NCBI GenBank assembly: GCA_951406725.2
Contig: OX597835.1
Span: forward strand, 9,734,001-9,798,000
DNA from: Octopus vulgaris
Taxonomy: Eukaryota
Direction: 5' to 3'
DNA: 64,000 nucleotides
Of the stretch, positions 54,429 through 64,000 are shown in pieces; position 1 is the first letter of the stretch; every line of letters begins with the position of its first letter. The notes beneath the pieces are model-generated. The model searched no databases. It worked only from the letters and a program-made list of their open reading frames with translations, and was not told the DNA's origin. Position numbers and translations under genes: made by a program.

Positions 54429-55807
54429 CTCAATCTCTACTCTTTCCAACGCCACCGCTAGCAGTAAATCATTTGTGTGATGTGGAAAATATTCCATCAA
54501 TATTGCACAAATTATGTTGGCATCAATTATAAAACTCATCCAAGAATTAGTCCCCGTGCAATCCGGCCACTACAAAAATCGAACTCGTGACACATTACAA
54601 CATTACGACGCAACTACTTTACCTCAACCGATCCAGCTCTCTTTAATATTATACCAAAATACGTAAAACGGAAACGGATTCCATACAATTCAAAAGATTT
54701 TCTGGACGAATTTCTCTAAAAAAATCCCGGACCAACCTCCTACACCCGGATATGACTCCAACAATAATAACTCCTTGCTTGAGTCGGTCATGATGTCCCA
54801 TATATGACTAACAGACTTCCCCAGGTGGTGCTATTAAGTTAGGCATGGCTTGGGCCTCTACCGGCCGAAACCTAAGTTATCTAAATTACCTTCTTAGATA
54901 GACTGTAGCTGAAAGAAAAATCCTGATAGTCACGACAGGAACGCTTTTCATAATCCGTCTACTGGAGTAGGACAGCCCTGGGGCGTACAGTGACAAGCTT
55001 ACCTTTTCATTGAAGCCTGCGAAAGAAAACCTATAAGACTGGCAAACCTTTTTCATAGCTGTCTTTAAGAATTTCTTACGTTTAAGTTATAAATTTTGGC
55101 AGATCCATTCCCTGCCACAAAGATTACTGTAAAGTATAGATAGCACTAATATTAATTTCAAATTTTAGCACAAGGCCATCAATTACGGTGCAGGGAGATA
55201 AGTCGTTTGCATCGACCCCAGTAGTCAACTGGTACTTACTTTATCGACCCCGAAAGAATGACATTGAACTCAGAACTTGAAGACGGATGACATGCCACAG
55301 AGCATTTTGCCGGACAGCTCGTCGTCTTGAAAGACAGCAGTAATATTAACAAGCTGTGAGAAAATATCTACACACTGTCTTGATCTACTCAGTATAAAGA
55401 GCGGAAATATTTTTCCACCAATATCCCTATTGTTTGTAAAATAGCGACCAAATATGTAACAAATCTTCGAGTAACAGAGACACTATTTAAGACAAAATGG
55501 CCAATGCTGTGACAACAGATTAATTAATGACCACAATACGAAAACATGAAAGATCTATGAAGAACACGTGACTTGCACCAGCAAATAAGAGCTCTTCTTT
55601 GTGATTGACCGACTTTCGAGAAATTGCATCCAAACCACCCCATCAGTCTTCATTGCTTTATATGTGGAAAGAAAATGTCAGTGTAGACATAATAAGGAAA
55701 AAAAACTGGATTGTCACATCTGAGACATATGATCATATACCTGCTCCATCCATGTCGATCTGGGCTTAAACATCCCCATCTACCTCAAGACCTGCAGCAT
55801 CAAGTAT

Positions 55808-56143
55808 CACTGCGTAGCACCTTAAACAAGTGTCTTCTACTATAGCCTCGGGTCGACCAAAGCCTTGTGAGTGGATTTGGTAGACGGAAACAGAGAGAAG
55901 CCGTAGTATATATATATATATATATATATCACGTGATCACGTGACCGACCAGACCATCAGATGTTGTTACACATCGCTGGTCACAATGCGTCCGCATTGT
56001 TTTAGCCTTCGAATGACGCCACCCCGCTGGTTAAGTGAGTAGGCCAACAGAAGAGTTGGAGAAAGGGTGTTGAAAGAGTACAGCAGGGATCACCACCCCC
56101 TGCCGGAGCCTCGTGGAGCTTTTAGGTGATTTCGTTAAATAAA
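55808..56143. mobile_element. Family-A 5' part (+) joined through (TA)n to an inverted family-C tail-2 SINE (55929-56143, -)
   Basis: Both parts are collinear with other copies in the window. Confidence 0.85.
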
Positions 56144-57324
56144 CTTTTATTTCTGAGACACAATGTTAGAAGGTAGGTTGTGATGAACGAGTCGGTGCAT
56201 ACATGAACATCTAATGGGTTGACAGTAGGATGAACGAATGAAGGAGTTCATAAATGAATGAACGAATGAAGAAGATGATAAACGAATGAAGATGATAAAT
56301 GAATGAACGAGTTTGTTGGTGGCAGATTAGATTTGCTGCCGGTGAATAAGGAGTGAATGACAAGATGGGGTGGTCTCTGTTGAATTTTGGCGAGTAATTA
56401 ACGAGAATGTGGGCGATGTCTGACCTATTTGATCAAGGACATTTGCTTGATCAAAAACAGATGCTCTCAAGACAGTTCTAAAAGAAGTACAGGCAAATTG
56501 GAGAACGTGGAATTCGGGTTACGCAACTCGTGAACAAAGGTGGGTGGACGTTAGTCGAATGCCGCGACAGACAGACAGAATCATTGATATGTAGAGACAG
56601 ACAGCTGAAGAAACGAAGAAAGATACAATTTTGCGAACTATTTTGAGTAGCGGAGATGAGAAGAGGAGGATGTTGACAGCAACTCACAGATGTGGATGTC
56701 AATGTGTGTTTATTTTTGTAAATGTTAAAAGAAATTTTAAGAACAACCAGAGATTTACTAAAAGAAGAGAAAAACTAATTACAGAAACTGTTTTCACTGG
56801 ATTTTTAAGTTTCCCCTGACGGCTAATTAAGCTGTTGGATATGTCCAGAAAGCAGTCAAAGAGAATTCTATACTATAAGCGTGTGCGCGAGTGTGAGTGA
56901 GAAAGAGAGAGGAGGTAAATGATAGACAAATGATACATCGATACAGAGAAGTAAAAAAGAAGCTAAATAGAATGAAGACTTCAGAGACGGATACAAGAAC
57001 TGTTGATTGATATACATGTGTGTGTGTGTTTGCGTGCGCGTGATTGTGTGTTTGTAAGAAGATAAGTATATATACAAAAGCACATACAAAGTGCAGATAT
57101 GGGAGTTGAAAACTGTCAGCGCATTTTGTGGGAATGTATTCTAGTTTCTGTGTTAGACATGTTTCAAAACAGGTTTTCTTTATGCTGTGGGTTTTTTTTT
57201 ATGTGTGGTGTAATGTAGCAGTTCCACAAATCGATTTCGAAGACGTAACTATCCATTATCTATCTTAGTCTTTAGAAAGTAACGGGCAATCCATGGTCGA
57301 GAGAAACCATCAATGCAATGAAAG

Positions 57325-57980
57325 CATGAGCCCAGCATCAGCCCAGCATCGGCCCAGCGTCGGCCCAGTGTCGGCACAGCATGGGTGCACTATGAGCCCA
57401 GCATGGTTACACTATGGGCCCAGCATGGACACAACATAGGCATAGCATGAGCATGGCATGGGCACAGCATGGGTATGGCATGGGCACAGCATGGACACAG
57501 CATAGGCACAGCAAGGGCACAGCTTAGGGGCAGCGTAAGGACAGCATAGACACAGGAAGGGCCCTGCATGGTCACAGCATAGGCACAGCAAGAGCACAGA
57601 GTAGGGACAGTATATGTTTCTTTATTACCCACAAGGGGCTAAACATAGAGGGGACAAACAAGGACAGACAAACGAATTAAGTCGATTACATCGACCCCAG
57701 TGCGTAACTGGTACTTAATTTATCGACCCCGAAAGGATGAAAAGCAAAGTCGACCTCGGCGGAATTTGAACTCAGAACGTAGCAGCAGACGAAATACGGC
57801 TACGCATTTCGCCCGGCGTGCTAACGGTTCCTGTATAGACACAGGAAGGGCAAAGCATGGGCACAGCATAGGCACAGAAGGGCACAGCATAGGCACAGCA
57901 TGGTCAAAGTATGGGCACAGCATGGGCAAAGCATGGGCACTGTATGAGTACACTATGGCCACAACATGGGTACAACATGA
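57325..57980. repeat. 10-11 bp GC-rich minisatellite (GGGCACAGCAT) interrupted by a family-B SINE (57616-57830, -)
   Basis: Directly visible; explains the 'VPMLCP' ORFs. Confidence 0.92.
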
Positions 57981-58340
57981 GAGCAGATCTGTCTCTTCAT
58001 CCAGTTGTCACATGTATTCGTAAATTTTATCCTTTCTGTGTTTCAGTTTCTGGTCTGCGGCCATACTGTGGCACCACTTTGAAGAGTTTAGCCTGATACC
58101 TATGCCACCGGTCTCTTTTTCTGAACCGCTAGGTTATGGAAGCGTAAAAAAAACCCAACACAGGTGCTCAAGTGGTGGTGGTCGACAAACACAAATATAA
58201 ATTCACACACACACACAGACATATACAGAGAGAGAAAGAGAGAGAGAGAGAGAAAGAGACAGGGACAGACAGAGACATACACCTTCAAACATACATACAT
58301 ACATACAAACGTACACATGGCTGAATGGATGTATATGGCC

Positions 58341-58398
<58 letters not shown>

Positions 58399-58522
58399 GA
58401 GAGAGAGAGAGACAGAGAGAGAGAAAGAGATAGACAGATATGTATAGGTAGATATGTATAGGTATATATATATATATGTATGTATATAGATGTATATATA
58501 TACACATGTTTGTATGTATGTA

Positions 58523-58585
<63 letters not shown>

Positions 58586-59098
58586 GCGTGAGCGTATGTA
58601 TGTATGTATGCGTGTGTGTGTTTCTGTGTGTGTGAGTCTGTGCGGGGGTGGGGTGTGTGCGTGTAAAGGCATCATCTAACTGAGAATACATTCGACCAGA
58701 GAAGGTTTAACAGCGAGAGAAATCCGAAATCAATATTCAATAAATAAAGTCGCCATGTTGCCGTCATGTCGTCCATGCGACCATCTGTTAGTGTAACTGG
58801 GTAACTGTGTGTGTGTCTGCGTGTGGATGTGTACATGTTTGTAAGCGCGTGTGTATGTGAATACATATGTATGCGTAGCTGTGCGTGTGTTTGTGTGTCT
58901 GTGCGGCTGAGCATGTGTCTGTATAGCTGTATGTGTATGGATGTCAGCATGTACGTATGTATGGAACTGTGCGTGCATGCGTGTGTGTGTGTTTGATTCA
59001 ATGGCCGTACTTCTGTCTATATTTTCATGTATACAAATTTCCGTCTGCCACTGTCTATCTGCCTGTCTGCATTTGTTTATTTGTATATTATGTATATG

Positions 59099-59151
<53 letters not shown>

Positions 59152-59152
59152 G

Positions 59153-59194
<42 letters not shown>

Positions 59195-59296
59195 AAGTTA
59201 ATCCAAACATGAAAACACAAAGAGAAAACACAACAACGCGAGGACGTGGAACAAATATACTATTATTGGACGCTCAGGAAGAAGGAAAGAAGGAGG

Positions 59297-59331
59297 GTTT
59301 AACGTTTCGAGCGGAGCTCTTCGTCAGAAAC
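59297..59331 (-). ncRNA. Minimal hammerhead ribozyme in a ~220-bp Penelope-like segment (59193-59411)
   Basis: GTTT-CTGACGA-A-GAGCTCCGCTC-GAAAC-GTT-AAAC: 4-bp stem I, 4-bp stem II and a loop-less palindromic stem III (AACGTT). Confidence 0.8.
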
Positions 59332-59558
59332 ATAGGAAAAGGAAAGATCCAAAGAAGGGAAGATGGAGGGAAAAAAATCGTCAACGGTACACACGCGGTC
59401 ACATTTTGAAATATATAAACATACGTATATAGATTCACATGTATCGATAGACATTCACACATACTATATACATATGTACGTAGACTTCCATACAAACATA
59501 TATAAATATGAGTATAAATTATATTTATGTGTGTTTGTGTTTGTGTAATTATATATAT

Positions 59559-60117
<559 letters not shown>

Positions 60118-60297
60118 TACTACTGAGGGTCTTGTTCGGGGTCACTTTCAATACCCTCAGTGCCACAGGATGTGCCAGTCTCGTATCGGTTTCGTCAGTC
60201 ACGTGTGCCCCAGTAAGAAACGAAGTGCTGCAGGTGGAGGGGGATGAATGTCTTGGATCGATAATGTCATCACATTTGATGGATTGTCATAACCACG

Positions 60298-60340
<43 letters not shown>

Positions 60341-60434
60341 CACATGCATACATTCATACATATACTTGTTTATGTATGTATGTATGTATGTATGTATGTA
60401 TGTATGTATGTATATATGTATGTATGTATGTATG

Positions 60435-60468
<34 letters not shown>

Positions 60469-61029
60469 TGTATGTATGCATGGATGGATGGATGGATGAT
60501 GGATGTATAATCCATTTGCAAAAACAGACACACAGGTGTCAATACACATCAACGTAAATAAATGTAGATTTTTATGGCTTTTGGAATGTGGAAGGTAACT
60601 ATGGCAACAAACATTATTTTTGCGCTTGAAAAAATATTGATAAACTGGATGGTAGCTAATGCATAAAAGCTCAAACACTTTTCGAGCAATAAAAATATTC
60701 CTCATTGTTCGTGGTTTATAAGAAGATATTGTATATGGGTTTATCTATTAGCGTAAATGGACGGTCTCGTTTACCGAAGAATTTTCAGTGTTCTACGTTG
60801 GCAGGAAGATATGTGCTCAAAATGTTAAGAAATCGTCTTTTTGGTAAATTTATGTACCTAGTTGCCAGTCGTGTAGAGTTTAGAAAAGATTCCATGACCA
60901 GAATAATTAGCCAAAGAAAGGATTTTCCATCTGTTTTACAGTGGATAATACGGAATGGATTTCGTTCCCTTACGTATATCTGCTCAGTGAAACGTCGTCG
61001 TTTCGACTTCGCTTGTTGAACATATAGAG

Positions 61030-61262
61030 CTGTAAAGTTCCTTCCCGTGTCATATAGACTCACGGGACCGGTTTCCCGGTTTCTGTGGTGTATAACCCCC
61101 CACCCCCTCCATCCTGGATGGGACGGCGTTCCGTCGCAAGGTTACTCACTGTTGCCAGCTGCACAGACTGGAGTAACGTGAAAATTAAGTGTTTTGCTCA
61201 AGGAAACAACGTGACGCTCGGTCCAGGAATCGAAACCACAGTCTTACCATCATGAGTCCAGG
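61030..61262 (-). mobile_element. CORE-type SINE with tail type 3
   Basis: B box GGTTTCGATTCCT, CORE-like GTTGTTTCCTTGAGCAAAACACTT, then TTGCGACGGAACGCCGTCCCATCCAGG shared with 62733-63041. Confidence 0.75.
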
Positions 61263-61332
61263 CGTCTCCACCAAACGTATATCTGTGGTGATAAAATCCA
61301 TATTTGATGGTGTTGGATGAAAGATGGATGCC

Positions 61333-61752
61333 CAGGAGTGGCTGTGTCGTAAGTAGCTTGCTTACCTACCACATAGTTCCGGGTTCAGTCCCACTGCGTG
61401 GTACGTTGGGCAATAGTCTTCTAGTATAGCCTCGACCCGACCAAACCCTTGCGAGTGGATTTGGTAGACGGAAACTGAAAAGAAGCTCGTCGTATATATG
61501 TATATGTATATATGTGTGTGTGTGTTTGTGTGTCTGTGTTTGCCTTCCTCCCCCCCCCCCCCCAATATCGCTTGAGAACCGATGCTGGTGTGTTTACGTG
61601 TCACCGTAACTTAGTGGCTCGGCAAAATAGATCGGTAGAATAAGTAGTAGGCATACAAAGAATAAGTCCTGGGGTCGATTTGCTCGACTAAAGGCGGTGC
61701 TCCAGCATGGCCGTAGTCAAATGACTGAAACAAGTAATAGAGTAAAAGAGTA
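61333..61752 (+). mobile_element. SINE family A, near full length
   Basis: Collinear with 25023-25422. Confidence 0.92.
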
Positions 61753-62732
61753 ACTGTTGTCAACTATGCAATATTTTCGAATTGGCATTTTAGATTCCAG
61801 AGAGCAATTTTTACAAGTTAATACAAGAAATTGTGTTTTAGTTTAGTGTAGGCGGATTCAAAACCAATTCTTTCCGAAAATTTGTATGTACTGTACAAGA
61901 TATTTTAATGGTATTTTGCTTAAATATTCTGCAGTATTTATTTTGCAGGTAAAAATGCTTTCCTTAATAGGAAGTAAAATATTTTTGCTTTAGCTACTGA
62001 AAGAGGTAAATTATACGGAGGATGCGATGATTCTAATTTTAAGATTGCTTTGTGTTTGTTTATTTCTGAGAATTCACCTCGGTGTTGGACAGAGTTGTAA
62101 TAATTAGAAGAGTTTGAGAAGATTTCAAGATTACATAATCTTAGTGAGATATAATCTTAGCTATTTTATTCTCGGTCTGATTGAAATGTTTGTGGATCTG
62201 TTGTAAAACCTCTCTGGATTAACGTTAATACAACAAAGCACTGAGACACAGTGTGACATCTAATTAGTTAATATCAGTGAATTTAATCTCTCTTATAACG
62301 AATCCAGTTTCTGTTAATTAAGAAACAGGCCTTTTCGAAATTTACTTGTTTGATGCCGGTTGAAGACGCATACGAAAACAAAAGTACCGTTTCCATTTAT
62401 GTCAAACTATACTGATGAGAATTTTTATTTAAATTCCAACAGTACGACTGACCCGATTATGTCACTGACTTCAGCAGAATAATTTGCTCCCATCTGCTTA
62501 AATTTTGCAAAAACGATGTGTTAATTCAATGAAAAAAATATAGATAAATTAAACTTACATATACACACACAAACACGCACACACACACGCACACATGCGC
62601 ACACACACACACACAAACATATGTCAGTGTATGTGAGCGCTTGTTTATGAGGTGTGTGTGTATATATATGTATGTTTGTTTGTATGTATGTATTCGTGTA
62701 TGTATGTATGTGTGTATGTATTATGTAAGTAT

Positions 62733-63041
62733 GTTGTTGTTTGTTCCTTCTCGAGCCATGCCTGGCTCATAAGGGCAGGTTTCCAGGTTTCTTGGCATAT
62801 AGGTTCCCCACCTGGACGGGACGCCGCTCCGTCGCAGGTGAGCTGCAAGATGGAGGAGGAAAGAACGAGAGAAAGTTGTGGCGAAAGAGTCAGCAGAAGT
62901 TCGCCATTACCTTCTGCCGGAGCCGCGTGAAGCTTAGGTATTTCGCTCATAAAAACACACACATCACCCGGTCTGAGATTCGAACACGCGATCCCTCGAC
63001 CGCGAGTCCGCTGCCCTAACCACTAGGCCATGTTCCTCCAC
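62733..63041 (-). mobile_element. SINE family C head/body with tail type 3
   Basis: 14-bp TSD TATTATGTAAGTAT (62719-62732 / 63042-63055); (AAC)n end; the tail contains CCTGCGACGGAGCGGCGTCCCGTCCAGG, reminiscent of the V-SINE domain. Confidence 0.88.
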
Positions 63042-63764
63042 TATTATGTAAGTATCAGATTGTAGGCGTTCATATAGCTGATTGGTAAGAAGGTTCCTTT
63101 CGTAATTTTGATTTTGGTCAAACTGTGCGCAGTAGACTTTTGAGCAACTGCCTTCTACCACGTGACATCGAATTGACAAACCCCCAAAGACAGATGAAAA
63201 CTACATAGAATCCTATTTGATGGATTATATCTGTAATTGAAACGGCCTGCCTTGTCACAGAATCTGAAAAATTATATTAAGGCTAAACGTGTCTGTGGAA
63301 TAGATAGATTTTCACTGATGAAGCGGTTCAAAAGTGATTGAAGAATTGGAATTCGCCAAATCAAAACTGACAGAAAACTGCTTATCCATTATTAGCTGAT
63401 GTGTGTATGCTGTGTGTGTGTGTGTGTGTGTGCTGTGCGTGTGTGCAGGCATGTGTGTGTGTGTGGCTGTGTGCCTGTGTGTACGTATATACGTGCACAT
63501 GTGTATGTGTGTCCCTATGTGCCCATGCGTGTGTGTGTCTGTGCTTGTGTATGTGCACATGTGTTTGTGTGGGTGGGGGGGCTACGTGTGTGTGTGGGTA
63601 TGTGTGTGTGTGACGAATAAAAGCACCAACGACGAAAATTGACTGCTGTTTGCTTTGTAAATGCATTCCCTATTGATTTTGTTCTGCAACGAGTTAGGCA
63701 TACTCCCGTATCAGTCTGATGCTGTTATGAATGACCTGATTGATGCTAATGTACACGAACGACA

Positions 63765-63843
<79 letters not shown>

Positions 63844-64000
63844 TACACACACTCACACACACACACAAGCAGGTGCTGGCGTGACAAAGTAGTTACAAGC
63901 TTGTTCCCTGCCACAGGCTTCCAGTTTCAGTTACACTGCGTGCCACCTTGGTCAGCATAGAGCGGACCAAAGACGCCTAATAAGTCCGTATTGTGTGTGT

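Noticed and set aside
57390-57962. Cys-rich metallothionein-like ORFs
   Set aside because: Translation of a 10-11 bp minisatellite interrupted by a SINE.
62412-62450. CTGATGA-GAATTT...AAATTC hairpin
   Set aside because: The required GAAA is absent (CAAC instead); it cannot be supported as a hammerhead.

Overview
Eukaryotic, AT-rich, extremely microsatellite-dense DNA. The SINE repertoire and the repeat density point to a cephalopod, probably Octopus (inference). No intact host protein-coding gene is supported, and nearly all ORFs in the track are microsatellite or SINE artefacts. The window is an intergenic/intronic repeat landscape containing: several tRNA-derived SINE families with visibly swapped head, body and tail modules; one full-length but dead mariner (D34D); two non-autonomous Helitrons; a Tc1/mariner MITE that has captured a SINE fragment; RTE-clade and R4/Dong-like (RLE) LINE remnants; and tandem SINE arrays. 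The most interesting signals are (i) several distinct type I hammerhead-ribozyme motifs in short Penelope-like segments beside (TA)n tracts, including an 81-bp-arm fold-back with a hammerhead on each strand, (ii) a SINE flanked by a ~200-bp direct duplication, and (iii) a pair of decayed fold-back elements with a hammerhead-like core. All alignments and folds were done by eye.
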